This document shows, in pieces, positions 8,638 through 20,648 of a stretch of DNA of 64,000 nucleotides. The translations under genes and the position numbers were made by a program. Origin of the DNA: Nitriliruptorales bacterium (GTDB taxonomy: Bacteria; Actinomycetota; Nitriliruptoria; Nitriliruptorales; Nitriliruptoraceae); NCBI GenBank assembly GCA_038233055.1, contig JBBSMS010000002.1, forward strand, positions 17,468-81,467. The letters are read 5' to 3'. Numbering within the stretch: position 1 is the stretch's first letter; every line of letters begins with the position of its first letter. Below the pieces are notes generated by a model. The model was given only the letters and a program-made list of their open reading frames with translations. It searched no databases and was not told the origin of the DNA.

Positions 8638-8753
8638 ATTTGGCGGGCCTGCGGGGAGGGGTCGGGCGGGGTCGGGGCGTGGTCACAGGTTTGGTGCGTG
8701 GTCACGACTCACATCGTGTCGGACCGACAAGGGCGAGGGGTACGGTGCCCGCC

Positions 8754-9467
8754 ATGACGATTTCACCCGTTCAGAGGACTTCCGCCGTGGCATCCACCCC
8801 CTTCGGGTTCGCGCCCCCCTCCGCAGAGGACGTCGTTTCGTCTGCCGACGACCTCGTGACGTCGCCCACCAACTACCTGGTGCCGACGGTCATCGAACAG
8901 ACCAACCGCGGTGAGCGGGCCTTCGACATCTACTCGCGACTGCTGCAGGAACGGATCATCTTCCTGGGCACGCCGGTCAACGACGAGATCGCCAACGTCA
9001 TCATGGCCCAGTTGCTGCACCTGGAGTCGGAGGATCCCGACAAGGACATCAACATCTACATCAACTCCCCGGGGGGGTCGATCACGGCGCTGTTCGCCAT
9101 CTTCGACACCATGGAGTACATCAGCCCGGACGTCGCCACCATCTGCCTCGGCCAGGCCGCCTCGGCCGCCGCGGTCCTGCTGGCCGCCGGCACCAAGGGC
9201 AAGCGCTTCGTGCTGCCCCGCGCCCGGGTGCTGCTGCACCAGCCCCACGGTGGTGCCGAGGGCCAGGCCGGCGACATCGAGATCCAGGCACGCGAGATCA
9301 TCCGCATGCGCGACCAGCTCAACGAGATCCTGGCCGACAAGACCGGCCAGACCGTCGAGAAGATCGACAAGGACACCGACCGCGACTTCATCCTGACCGC
9401 CGGTCAGGCGGTCGAGTACGGCATTGCCGACCGCATCCTCGAGTCCCGCAAGGCCATGGGGGAGTGA
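8754..9467 (+). CDS. clpP: ATP-dependent Clp protease proteolytic subunit
   Basis: [24 protein letters not shown]; catalytic Ser in GQAASAA and His in LLHQP. Confidence 0.97.
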   Translation: MTISPVQRTSAVASTPFGFAPPSAEDVVSSADDLVTSPTNYLVPTVIEQTNRGERAFDIYSRLLQERIIFLGTPVNDEIANVIMAQLLHLESEDPDKDINIYINSPGGSITALFAIFDTMEYISPDVATICLGQAASAAAVLLAAGTKGKRFVLPRARVLLHQPHGGAEGQAGDIEIQAREIIRMRDQLNEILADKTGQTVEKIDKDTDRDFILTAGQAVEYGIADRILESRKAMGE

Positions 9468-9632
9468 CCTCGGCGGCGGTGCGGACGGCCGCACCGCAGA
9501 CCCATCACGAGCGCACCGCCCAGCCGGGCGGTGCGCTCGCGTGGTTCCCCACAGACGGGGGGTGGTGGTGGCCCGGCGGCGGGGCCGGTCAGTACGCTGC
9601 GGGGCGGGACCCGGCGACACGACGAGGACACG

Positions 9633-10907
<1,275 letters not shown>

Positions 10908-10945
10908 GTCGGGACTGCTCCGGCCGGTCCTGACCGGGAGATGTC

Positions 10946-11671
10946 GTGACCCTGCCCTCGCCACGCGTGCGCCGGCTGGTGGATCGGGTCCCGTTCCTCG
11001 ACAAGGAACTGTTCGTCCTGGCCGACCTGGTCCCGTCCGGCGGCACGGTGATCGACGTCGGGGCTGCCGGTGGCGCCCACACCTTCGTGGCCGCCCGTGC
11101 GGTCGGTCCCAGCGGGCGCGTGGTCGCGATCGAGGCCCGGGCCGGCTCCGCCCGGATCCTGCGTGGCTGGCGGCGCGTGCTGGGGGCCGACCACGTCACG
11201 GTGGTCACCGGCGCGGCCGGTGCGAGCCCCGGCGAACTGGTCCTGCGCGTGCCGTTGGTGCCGACCCGCAGCCACCCCGACGGCGGTGACGACGGCACGC
11301 TGCTGGCCAGGTTGCCGGCCGTCACCCGGTCGGTCGGGGTGACCACGCTCGACCACGTGGTCGCCAGCCACCACCTCGACCGGGTCGACCTGGTCAAGGT
11401 CGACGTCGAGGGCGGCGAGGCGGCCGTGCTGGACGGCGCGACCCGCACCCTGGCGAAGCACCGCCCGGTCCTGCTGCTGGAGTTGTTCGACCCGTTCCTG
11501 CGCCGTGAGGGCAGCGGCGCCGACGCCGTGTTCCGGCGGGTCGTCGGCCTGGGGTACCGACCCCACGTGCTGGGCGACGACGGCCTCGTGGCGGTGGATG
11601 CCCACCACGACCACGAGCACAACTACGTGTTCGTCCCGGCTGACCGCCGCGGCGATCCTCCGCGAGCCTGA
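10946..11671 (+). CDS. FkbM-family SAM-dependent methyltransferase
   Basis: VIDVGAAGG, TTLD and VDLVKVDVEGGE..VL.GA motifs. Confidence 0.85.
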   Translation: MTLPSPRVRRLVDRVPFLDKELFVLADLVPSGGTVIDVGAAGGAHTFVAARAVGPSGRVVAIEARAGSARILRGWRRVLGADHVTVVTGAAGASPGELVLRVPLVPTRSHPDGGDDGTLLARLPAVTRSVGVTTLDHVVASHHLDRVDLVKVDVEGGEAAVLDGATRTLAKHRPVLLLELFDPFLRREGSGADAVFRRVVGLGYRPHVLGDDGLVAVDAHHDHEHNYVFVPADRRGDPPRA

Positions 11672-11809
11672 TCACCGGCGCTCCGACGGTCCGCCGGGCG
11701 GGACCAGCAGGGGTGGGGGCTACCCTCGCCAGCCACCACGCGTCCCGTCGTGACGGCCCGATCGGCCGCACGGCGGTCGACGACCTCCCATCCTCCGAGG
11801 CACGCCGCG

Positions 11810-14503
11810 ATGACCGACGACACCGCCACGACGGCGGCACCCGCCACCCTGCCGACCGCCTATGACCCGGCCACCGTCGAGCAGCGCCTGTATGCCGACT
11901 GGGAGCAGTCGGGCCTGTTCCACGCCGAACCTGACGACCCGGGTGAGCCGTTCGCGATCGTGTGCCCGCCGCCGAACGTCACCGGCGCCCTGCACATCGG
12001 CCATGCGCTGACCTTCGGGGTCGAGGACGCGATGGTCCGCCACGCCCGCATGACCGGGCGCAACGCCGTGTGGGTGCCCGGGATGGACCACGCCGGCATC
12101 TCCACCCAGACCGTGGTGGAGAAGGAACTGGCGACGGAGGGCCTGACCCGCCACGACCTGGGACGCGAGGCGTTCCTGGAGCGCGTGTGGGAGTGGGTGG
12201 ACGAGTACGGCGGCCAGATCCTCAACCAGTTGCGTCGCCTGGGGGCGAGCCTGGACTGGGACCGCGAGGCCTTCACCTTCGACGAACAACGGTCGGCGGC
12301 CGTGACCGAGGTGTTCGTGGCGCTGCACGAACAGGGGCTGATGTACCGCGGCAACCGGTTGATCAACTGGTGCCCGCAGTGCATGACCGCGCTCAGCGAC
12401 ATCGAGGTCAACCACGTCGAGACGGCCGGGACCCTGTCCGACTTCGTCTACCCCTGGTCCGACGGGGACGACGCCGACGGCCGCACCGGCATCACCGTGG
12501 CCACCACGCGGCCCGAGACGATGCTGGGAGACACCGCCATCGCCGTGCACCCCGACGACGAGCGCTACACCGCCGCGGTCGGTCGCACCGTCCGCCACCC
12601 GTTCCTCGACCGCGAGATCCCGGTGGTCGCCGACGACTGGGTCGACCCCGAGTTCGGGTCCGGCGCGGTCAAGATCACCCCGGCGCACGACCCCAACGAC
12701 TTCGCACTCGCCGAGCGCCACCACCTGCCGGCGATCTCGGTCATCGACCCCGACGCCACCATGAACGACGAGGCCGGGCCGTTCGCGGGCCTGGATCGCT
12801 TCGCCGCCCGCGAGGCCGTCGTGGCCGCGCTGGACGACGCCGGCCTGCTGGTCGGGCGCACGGACCACACCCACCAGGTCGGCACGTGCTCGCGCACCGG
12901 CGACGTGGTCGAACCGTTGCTGAGCGACCAGTGGTTCCTGGAGGTCCGGGCCCTGGCCGACAAGGCGCTGGCCGCGGTGGACGCCGGCGACACCCGCGTA
13001 CTGCCGCCGCGCCTGCAGACGTTCTTCGTCGAGTGGTTGGAGAACCTCCACGACTGGTGCGTGTCGCGCCAGATCTGGTGGGGCCACCGGATCCCCGCGT
13101 GGTACTGCCCGGACGGCCACGTCACCGTCGCCCGCGACACGCCGGCCACCTGCGTCGACTGCGACGCGACCGACCTGCGCCAGGACGACGACGTCCTCGA
13201 CACCTGGTTCTCGAGCCAGTTGTGGCCGTTCGCCGTGTTCGGGTGGCAACGCCCCGGCGACACCAACGCCGACCTGGAGACGTGGTACCCGGGCACGGTG
13301 ATGGAGACCGGGTACGACATCAACACCTTCTGGGTGTCGCGGATGCTCCAGATCGGGCTGTGGTTCCTGGACGAGGTGCCCTTCACCACGATCTGGAACC
13401 ACGGCATGGTGCGCGACGCCGAGGGCAAGAAGATGTCCAAGTCGTGGGGCAACGTCATCGACCCGCTGGACTTCATCGAGTCCCACGGCGCCGACGCGCT
13501 GCGGTTGGCGCTGTTCCAACACTGCTCGCCCGGAACCGACGTGCCGTTGTCGCCGGACTGGGTCGAGGGCGCACGTCGGTTCCTCAACAAGTTGTTCAAC
13601 GCGACCCGGTTCGCACTCCAGACCCTCGACGGGACGCGGCCGGGCGACCTGCCCCTGCTCGACGATCTCGGGTTGGCCGATCGCTGGATCCTGTCGCGGC
13701 TGGAGGCCACCCGCGCCGAGGTCGACCGCCAGTACGAGACGTGGGACTTCGCCCGCGTGTCGGCGGCGCTCTACCACTTCACCTGGGACGAGTTGGCGGA
13801 CTGGTACCTCGAGGCCGCCAAGGTGGTGTTGTACGGCGACGACGAGGACGCCAAGGCCCGGACCCGCGCCGTGCTGGCCCGGGTGCTGGAGGACCTGTTG
13901 GCGCTGTGGCACCCGTTGATCCCGTTCGTGACCGAGGAACTGTGGCGCCACCTGGCCGGTGCCGACGGTGGCCGCGACTCGCTGATGGCGCAGTCGTGGC
14001 CGGTGGCCTGCGCCGACGTCGACCCCGAGGTGGAGGACGACTTCGCCGCGATCGTCGACCTGGTCACGGAGGTCCGACGCTTCCGGTCGGCCAACGACGT
14101 GCCCCCTTCGCGCCGCTTTCCGTTGCTCGTGGCCTCGTCGCACGCCGACCTGGTGGCCGACCAGGCCGGGCTGATCCAGGCCCTGGCCGGGCTCGACGAG
14201 TTGACGCTGGTCGACGCGATCGAGGAGCGAACCGGCACCTCGACGATCGTGTTCGGGTCCGGCGAGGCCCAGGTCGAACTGGCCGGGCTGATCGACGTGG
14301 CCGCCGAGACCGCCCGGCTGGCGAAGGAACGCGACAACGCCCAGGACTTCCTCGGGCGCAGCCGCGGCAAGCTCGCCAACACCCAGTTCGTGGAGCGTGC
14401 CCCGGACCACGTCGTCGACGCCGAACGAGAGCGCGCAGCCGAGACCGAGCGCGCCATCGCCGAACTGGAACGCCAACTGGCCGCGCTCGCGGACCTGGCA
14501 TGA
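11810..14503 (+). CDS. valS: Valine--tRNA ligase
   Basis: PPPNVTGALHIGH (HIGH), KMSKS, WCVSRQIWWGHRIP and a C-terminal coiled coil. Confidence 0.98.
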   Translation: MTDDTATTAAPATLPTAYDPATVEQRLYADWEQSGLFHAEPDDPGEPFAIVCPPPNVTGALHIGHALTFGVEDAMVRHARMTGRNAVWVPGMDHAGISTQTVVEKELATEGLTRHDLGREAFLERVWEWVDEYGGQILNQLRRLGASLDWDREAFTFDEQRSAAVTEVFVALHEQGLMYRGNRLINWCPQCMTALSDIEVNHVETAGTLSDFVYPWSDGDDADGRTGITVATTRPETMLGDTAIAVHPDDERYTAAVGRTVRHPFLDREIPVVADDWVDPEFGSGAVKITPAHDPNDFALAERHHLPAISVIDPDATMNDEAGPFAGLDRFAAREAVVAALDDAGLLVGRTDHTHQVGTCSRTGDVVEPLLSDQWFLEVRALADKALAAVDAGDTRVLPPRLQTFFVEWLENLHDWCVSRQIWWGHRIPAWYCPDGHVTVARDTPATCVDCDATDLRQDDDVLDTWFSSQLWPFAVFGWQRPGDTNADLETWYPGTVMETGYDINTFWVSRMLQIGLWFLDEVPFTTIWNHGMVRDAEGKKMSKSWGNVIDPLDFIESHGADALRLALFQHCSPGTDVPLSPDWVEGARRFLNKLFNATRFALQTLDGTRPGDLPLLDDLGLADRWILSRLEATRAEVDRQYETWDFARVSAALYHFTWDELADWYLEAAKVVLYGDDEDAKARTRAVLARVLEDLLALWHPLIPFVTEELWRHLAGADGGRDSLMAQSWPVACADVDPEVEDDFAAIVDLVTEVRRFRSANDVPPSRRFPLLVASSHADLVADQAGLIQALAGLDELTLVDAIEERTGTSTIVFGSGEAQVELAGLIDVAAETARLAKERDNAQDFLGRSRGKLANTQFVERAPDHVVDAERERAAETERAIAELERQLAALADLA

Positions 14504-14524
14504 CGGGACACGCCGAGGTCGCCC

Positions 14525-15694
14525 GTGCCTGATCCCCTCGGACCGATCACGGCCGGTCGCCGTGGGCAGGGACTGCTGTCGTTCCGGATCGGTCCGATCC
14601 CGGTCACGATCCACCTCAGCTTCCTGTTCGTGCTGGCCTTCCTGGGACTTGACCTGGCCAGCCCGGTGCTGGTGGCGGTGTGGATCGTGGTCGGAGCGTC
14701 ATCGGTGCTGTTGCACGAACTTGGCCATGCCGTCGGCGCCCTGCTGGCGGGCCACGAGCCCCAGGTCGACCTTGCCGGCATGGGCGGCGTCACCAGCTAC
14801 ACGTCCGACGGGCCGAATGGCGACTCGCGTGGCTGGGGGCTGCTCATCACGGCTGCCGGCCCGGGCATCCAGATCCTGGCCGGGTTCGCGCTGCTGCCGT
14901 TCGTCGGCCGGTTCGGGATCGACGCCAGCCACGGCCTGGGCACCTTCGCCGCGTCGGTGTGGGTGGTGGTGTCGCTGTTGTGGGGCTTCCTGAACCTGGT
15001 CCCGATCCTGCCCCTGGACGGCGGCCAGTTGTTCCGCAACCTCGTGCCGGGCGGCCCGACCACCCGGACCCGCGTCGCCGAGGTCGTGTCGGTCGCCGTC
15101 GCCGCGGCCGGACTGGTGTGGTGCCTGCTCAACGACCAGACCATCGCCGCCCTGCTGGCCGGGTGGTTCGGGTTCGCCAACCTGCAGTCGCTGCTGCGTT
15201 CTCCCGAACCGCCCCGGGCCTCGTCCGGGGCGTCCCCCGACGCGACCGCGGTCGAGGCGTTGCAGGATGCCCAGCAGCTCCAGGCCGAAGGGGAGCATGC
15301 CGCCAGTGCCGAGGCCGCCGGGCGGGCCGCGTCGACCGCCCGAGACCGGCGCCTGCGCACGGTCGGTGGCTCACTTGCCCTGGCCGGGTTGCTGCGGTCG
15401 GACCAGCACGCGGCCGCGTACCGACTGGTCGCCGACCCCCGGCACGGGCTCGCCCTCAACGAGGTGCTGGTGGCCCATGCCTTGGCCGCCCACCCCGATC
15501 GTGGGGCGATTGCGTCGGTCCTGATGGCCGCCGGCGACGACCAGATGGAGGCTCGGCTGCGCGGGATCACGGCCGTCACGGCCTCGTTGCACGGCCGGCC
15601 GGACGTCGCCGATCGACTGCTGGACGCGGGGCCGGTCTCCGACGACGTGCGCGCCGAGGTCCAGCGCCTGGTGGCCGAGCGCGCCCGGGGCTGA
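14525..15694 (+). CDS. Site-2 protease (peptidase M50) family membrane protein
   Basis: LLHELGH (HExxH) and NLVPILPLDGG; Ala-rich TPR-like C-terminal region. Confidence 0.88.
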   Translation: MPDPLGPITAGRRGQGLLSFRIGPIPVTIHLSFLFVLAFLGLDLASPVLVAVWIVVGASSVLLHELGHAVGALLAGHEPQVDLAGMGGVTSYTSDGPNGDSRGWGLLITAAGPGIQILAGFALLPFVGRFGIDASHGLGTFAASVWVVVSLLWGFLNLVPILPLDGGQLFRNLVPGGPTTRTRVAEVVSVAVAAAGLVWCLLNDQTIAALLAGWFGFANLQSLLRSPEPPRASSGASPDATAVEALQDAQQLQAEGEHAASAEAAGRAASTARDRRLRTVGGSLALAGLLRSDQHAAAYRLVADPRHGLALNEVLVAHALAAHPDRGAIASVLMAAGDDQMEARLRGITAVTASLHGRPDVADRLLDAGPVSDDVRAEVQRLVAERARG

Positions 15695-15782
15695 GCAGCC
15701 GCCGGCGCGGGCACCACCCGGGACGTCCGTCCGGCCGGGACCGGGCCGCTACCGTTCCCGCCCGTTGATCGGCTTCGGAGGG

Positions 15783-17090
15783 ATGCCCGTGGACATCGTT
15801 GCCGCTCGCCGGCTGCTGGGGGAACGTGGGCCCGGTGCGATGAAGCCGGACCTGTCGCGCATCACCGCGCTGATGGGCTTGCTCGGCAACCCCCAGGAAC
15901 ACCTCCCCACGATCCACGTCACCGGCACGAACGGCAAGACCTCGACCACGCGGATGGTCGCCTCGTTGCTGTCCGAACTGGGGCTGACCACCGGGACGTT
16001 CACGTCGCCGCACCTGCAGTCGGTGCGTGAGCGGATCCAGGTCGGCTTGCAACCGCTGTCGGAGGAGGACTTCGCACGCACGCTCGAGGCGGTCACCACG
16101 GTCGCCGACCTGGTGGACGCGACCGGCGACGACGTCACCTACTTCGAACTGCTCGTCGCGATGGCGTTGTGGACGTTCACCGACCTGCCCGTCGACGTCG
16201 CCGTCATGGAGGTCGGCATGGGCGGCCGCTGGGATGCCACCAACGTGGTGCGGGGCGACGTCGCGGTCATCACCCCCGTCGACGTCGACCACCGCGAACT
16301 GGGGGACCGGCCCGCGACGGCGCGCGAGAAGTCCGGGATCATCAAGGAGCGCAGCCGCGTGGTGCTGGCCGCGCAGGCCGACGAGGTCGAAGCCATCCTG
16401 GTCGCGGCCGCCGAGGAGGTCGGGGCACCGGTCGCCACGTGGCCGGACTTCCACGGCGTCGAGGACCGCCGGATCGCCATGGGCGGGCAACAGGTCGCGC
16501 TGCGGGTCGGCGAACGGGTGGTCGACGAGATCTTCCTGCCCCTGCACGGCGCCCACCAGGCCGACAACGCCGCGATCGCGCTGGCCACCCTGGCCGCGTT
16601 CCTGGGCTTGCAGTTCCTTGAGGTGGAGGACGACGTCATCCGGGCGGGCTTCGCGCGGGTGGACTCGCCCGGTCGACTGGAGGTCGTCGCGCGCCACCCG
16701 ACGATCGTGCTCGACGGTGCCCACAACCCCCACGGGGCCCGGGCGCTGGCCGCGGCGCTGGACGAAGCCTTCACCTTCCGCAACGTCATCCTGGTCCTGG
16801 GCTGCCTCGCCGACAAGGACCTGCCCGGCATCGTCGGCGCCTTCCGCGACGTCGTCGACCACGTCGTCGTCACCGCGCCGCCGTCGCCACGGGCCGCCAC
16901 CGCGGCCGACCTGGGCGAGGTCGCGCGGGCGGTCTTCGACGGCACCGGGGTCGCCGTGGAGGAGGCCGACGACGTCGCGACCGCGCTGGACCTGGCGACG
17001 GGCGTGGCCGGAGAGGGTGACGGGGTGGTGGTGACGGGGTCGTTGCACACCGTCGGCGCGGCCCGTGACGTGCACCTCCCGCTGGACTGA
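15783..17090 (+). CDS. folC: Folylpolyglutamate synthase / dihydrofolate synthase
   Basis: HVTGTNGKTS, FTSPHL, PGRLE and LDGAHNP; follows valS. Confidence 0.95.
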   Translation: MPVDIVAARRLLGERGPGAMKPDLSRITALMGLLGNPQEHLPTIHVTGTNGKTSTTRMVASLLSELGLTTGTFTSPHLQSVRERIQVGLQPLSEEDFARTLEAVTTVADLVDATGDDVTYFELLVAMALWTFTDLPVDVAVMEVGMGGRWDATNVVRGDVAVITPVDVDHRELGDRPATAREKSGIIKERSRVVLAAQADEVEAILVAAAEEVGAPVATWPDFHGVEDRRIAMGGQQVALRVGERVVDEIFLPLHGAHQADNAAIALATLAAFLGLQFLEVEDDVIRAGFARVDSPGRLEVVARHPTIVLDGAHNPHGARALAAALDEAFTFRNVILVLGCLADKDLPGIVGAFRDVVDHVVVTAPPSPRAATAADLGEVARAVFDGTGVAVEEADDVATALDLATGVAGEGDGVVVTGSLHTVGAARDVHLPLD

Positions 17091-17204
17091 AACCGGCGCG
17101 CCATTGGGGCGAGTCGAGCCATCGTCGGCGCGTTACCGTGGACGCGACGAACCGCCGCCAGCGTGCGGCGACCCCCCACCCACCACCACGAACAGGACCC
17201 ACCC

Positions 17205-17609
17205 ATGGCCGTCGAACAGACCCTGATCCTCGTCAAGCCCGACGGCGTCGCCCGCGGCCTGGTCGGCGAGGTCATCGGCCGGATCGAGGGCAAGGGCTAC
17301 ACCATCGAGGCGCTGGAGATGCGCACGCTGGAGCGCGCGACCGCCGAGGAGCACTACGGCGAGCACGTCGACAAGCCGTTCTTCGGCGAACTGGTCGACT
17401 TCATCACGTCAGGCCCGCTTGTCGCCATGCGCGTGTCCGGTGACGACGCGATCGTCGGCCTGCGCACGATCATGGGCGCGACCAACCCCATCGAGGCCAC
17501 TCCCGGCTCGATCCGCGGCGACTTCGCCACCATCATCGGCGAGAACATCGTGCACGGCTCCGACTCGGTCGAGTCCGCCGAGCGCGAACTGGGCATCTTC
17601 TTCGGCTGA
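17205..17609 (+). CDS. ndk: Nucleoside diphosphate kinase
   Basis: [12 protein letters not shown]; [14 protein letters not shown]; NIVHGSDS. Confidence 0.98.
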   Translation: MAVEQTLILVKPDGVARGLVGEVIGRIEGKGYTIEALEMRTLERATAEEHYGEHVDKPFFGELVDFITSGPLVAMRVSGDDAIVGLRTIMGATNPIEATPGSIRGDFATIIGENIVHGSDSVESAERELGIFFG

Positions 17610-17647
17610 ATCAGTCATCCGATCCGGAGGGGGTCCCGGCTGCTGCC

Positions 17648-18166
17648 TCACAGGTGGCCGGCGCGGGCCAGGGAGCGCCACTGGTCGTCGGCCAGGACCA
17701 GGTGGTCCAGCAGGTCGACTCCGACCACGTCGCCGGCCCGGGCCAAGCGGGTCGTGACGGCGATGTCGTCGCGCGACGGCGTGGGATCCCCGGACGGGTG
17801 GTTGTGGCCGACGACGACGGCCGCGGCGTTGCCCAGCAGCGCGTCCCGGTAGATCTCGCGCGGGGCCATGAACGTGTGGTCCAGCGAACCGATGCTGACC
17901 ACGTGGACGTCGAGCACGCGGTGGCGGGTGTCCAGCAGGACGGCCGCACAGCGTTCGCGGTCCCGACCGTTCAACAGCGGCGCGAGCACGTCGGCCGCGC
18001 GTTGCGGTGACGTGACCAGCGCCTGGGCCTCGCCCGCCACCGCGAGCGCCCGGGCGGCCTCGGCCACGCACGCCGCACACGAGGTCGCCGCACCGGTGGG
18101 ACCCGCGGCGGGCCCTGCGATCCACGCCCGGTCACGGTCGGTGGGCGGGCGAGTGGTGGTGGACAC
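17648..18166 (-). CDS. RadC-like JAB/MPN domain protein
   Basis: GSLD....PREI...AL..NAAAVVVGHNHPSGDPTPS..D...LLDH; lacks the long HhH N-terminus. Confidence 0.9.
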   Translation of the reverse strand: MSTTTRPPTDRDRAWIAGPAAGPTGAATSCAACVAEAARALAVAGEAQALVTSPQRAADVLAPLLNGRDRERCAAVLLDTRHRVLDVHVVSIGSLDHTFMAPREIYRDALLGNAAAVVVGHNHPSGDPTPSRDDIAVTTRLARAGDVVGVDLLDHLVLADDQWRSLARAGHL

Positions 18167-18530
18167 GGCGATCCTTGGGGCGGCGTGCTGGCCATGGTGG
18201 CCACGGCGACCGCCCGGGGCGTCGTCAACCTCGGCGGCTGTGGACGGTCCGGACCATGCCCGGGAACCCTGCGCATCGCCGTCAGCACAGGAACCACACC
18301 CGCCACTTGCGCAACATGCGTCCGGGGTTTGCTACGGTGTGTGGGGCCGCCGCCCCGGCGGTCAGCGTGCAAGCGGCCATCTATCGGGTGTCGTGGGACG
18401 CACCCCGATATCGTTCAGCCATCACCCGATGTCCGCGGCGCGCCCCCCACGCCGGTCCCCCCATCCCTGCCGCAACCGGCCGCCCGTGGCGAGACGACAT
18501 CGCCAACCCCCCGTTCGAAGGTGAAGTTTC

Positions 18531-19571
18531 GTGGCCTCCAGGTTCCCCAACATCCACATGCTCGGCCGCGACATGGCGGTCGACCTCGGCACGGCCAACA
18601 CCCTGGTCTACGTCCGTGGTCGCGGCATCATGCTCAACGAGCCCTCGGTCGTCGCGATCAACACCAACAACGGCGCCATCCTGTCGGTCGGTGCCGAGGC
18701 CAAGCGCATGATCGGCCGCACGCCGGGCCACATCATGGCGATCCGGCCCCTGAAGGACGGCGTCATTGCCGACTTCGACGTGACCGAGAAGATGCTGCGC
18801 TACTTCATCCAGGCCGTCCACAAGCGTCGCTTCCTGGCCAAGCCGCGCGTCGTCGTGTGCGTGCCGTCGGGCATCACCGGCGTCGAGCAGCGCGCGGTCG
18901 AGGAGGCCACGATGTCGGCCGGCGCCCGCGCCGCCTACATCATCGAAGAGCCCATGGCGGCCGCGATCGGGGCCGGCCTGCCGGTCCACGAACCGGCCGG
19001 CAACATGGTCGTCGACATCGGCGGTGGCACCACCGAGGTCGCGGTCATCTCGCTGGGCGGGATCGTCACCAGCCAGTCGATCCGCATCGGCGGCGACGAA
19101 CTGGACGAGTCGATCATCTCCTACATCAAGAAGGAGTACTCGTTGATGCTCGGCGAGCGCACCGCCGAGGAGATCAAGATGGCGATCGGGTCGGCCTTCC
19201 CGCTGCCCGACGAGCCGCACGCCGAGATCCGCGGTCGCGACCTGGTGTCCGGGCTGCCCAAGACGATCGTCGTGTCGTCCGAGGAGATCCGCAAGGCCAT
19301 CGAGGAGCCGGTCAACTCCATCGTCGACGCGGTCAAGAACACCCTCGACAAGACCCCGCCGGAACTGGCGGCCGACATCATGGACAAGGGCATCGTGCTG
19401 GCCGGCGGCGGCGGCATGTTGCGCGGCTTGGACGAGCGCCTCAAGCACGAGACCGGCATGCCGATCCACATCACCGACTCGCCGCTGTCGGCGGTCGCGG
19501 TCGGCTCCGGCAAGTGCCTCGAGGAGTTCGAGGCGCTGCGCAAGGTGCTGATCTCGTCCTCACGTGGCTGA
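18531..19571 (+). CDS. mreB: Rod shape-determining protein MreB
   Basis: [22 protein letters not shown] and VDIGGGTTE. Confidence 0.98.
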   Translation: MASRFPNIHMLGRDMAVDLGTANTLVYVRGRGIMLNEPSVVAINTNNGAILSVGAEAKRMIGRTPGHIMAIRPLKDGVIADFDVTEKMLRYFIQAVHKRRFLAKPRVVVCVPSGITGVEQRAVEEATMSAGARAAYIIEEPMAAAIGAGLPVHEPAGNMVVDIGGGTTEVAVISLGGIVTSQSIRIGGDELDESIISYIKKEYSLMLGERTAEEIKMAIGSAFPLPDEPHAEIRGRDLVSGLPKTIVVSSEEIRKAIEEPVNSIVDAVKNTLDKTPPELAADIMDKGIVLAGGGGMLRGLDERLKHETGMPIHITDSPLSAVAVGSGKCLEEFEALRKVLISSSRG

Positions 19572-19679
19572 CCGACGCGAACCCGTGGCTCCGGCCGCTC
19601 CCGGCACCTCGGGGGCGGCCGTGCTCGTGACGTCGGCCGGCCGGGCCCGGTCGGGCCACGGCGACCGACGGACCGCCTG

Positions 19680-20648
19680 ATGTTCCAACGCCGCCGTGCA
19701 CGCATCCTGCTGGTCCTGTTCGTGGTGGTCGCGCTGGTGCTGGTCACGCTCGACTTCCGGTCCGAGCCGACCGGCGACGACCTCGCCAGCCGCCTCCGCG
19801 GTGCCGTCGGCGTGGTGCTGGGTCCGGTCCAAAACGGGCTGTCCACGCTCGTGCGCCCGATCTCCTCGGCGGCGTCCAACGTCGGTGAACTGGTCGAGAT
19901 CCGGGCCGAGAACGCGCGCCTGCGGGCCCAGTTGGCCCGGACCGAGGAGCGACGCCTGTCCTACGACGACGTCGTGCGAGAGAACGACGAACTCCGCGCC
20001 CAACTCGGATTCCGCGACCGCAACGAGCTCGACACCGTGACCGCCCAGGTGATCGCGCAGGGCGCCTCCAACTTCGAGTGGACCGCCACGCTGGACGTCG
20101 GGACGGACGACGGCGTGCGGCCCGACATGCCGGTCGTCAACGGCGAGGGCCTGGTGGGCCGGGTCATCGCGACCAGCCCGTCGACCTCCAGGGTCCTGCT
20201 GACCATCGACCCGAACTTCGGGGCGGCGGTGCGCGTGGCCGAGACCGGCGTCATCGGCTCGCTGGCCGGGGACGGCAACGAGCCGCTGATCTTCGAGCCC
20301 CTGATCACCGACGTCGGCATCGAGGTCGGCCAGGAACTGGTCACCTCGTCCTACCTCGGCGGCACCTACATCTCCGGCATCCCGGTGGGCGTGGTCACCC
20401 GTGCCGACGTCGAGGACGGCCAGTTGTCGCGGACCGTCGACGTGTTGCCGTTCGTCGACTTCTCCACCCTCGGCCTGGTGTCGGTCGTCATGACCGATCC
20501 GGTCGAAGAAGTCGAGCCGCTCGAACTCGACCCGACACCCAAGTTCACCGTCCCACCGGTCGATCCCCAGCGCCCGGCCGACGAGGTCCCGCCCATTCCC
20601 GAGCCGAACGTCGCGCCGAGCCCCTCGCCGACCGGGTCGGACACCTGA
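19680..20648 (+). CDS. mreC: Rod shape-determining protein MreC
   Basis: N-terminal TM, coiled coil, GLVGRV...S.VLL; position in operon. Confidence 0.93.
   Translation: MFQRRRARILLVLFVVVALVLVTLDFRSEPTGDDLASRLRGAVGVVLGPVQNGLSTLVRPISSAASNVGELVEIRAENARLRAQLARTEERRLSYDDVVRENDELRAQLGFRDRNELDTVTAQVIAQGASNFEWTATLDVGTDDGVRPDMPVVNGEGLVGRVIATSPSTSRVLLTIDPNFGAAVRVAETGVIGSLAGDGNEPLIFEPLITDVGIEVGQELVTSSYLGGTYISGIPVGVVTRADVEDGQLSRTVDVLPFVDFSTLGLVSVVMTDPVEEVEPLELDPTPKFTVPPVDPQRPADEVPPIPEPNVAPSPSPTGSDT

Noticed and set aside
6470-8705. Paired GCGTGGTCAC direct repeats at 6470/6486 and 8677/8696 as a shared operator
   Set aside because: Spacings differ (16 vs 19) and the 10-mer matches common Val-Val-Thr codon strings in GC-rich DNA.
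11672-11809. T-box leader for valS
   Set aside because: No T-box consensus or specifier loop is recognisable.
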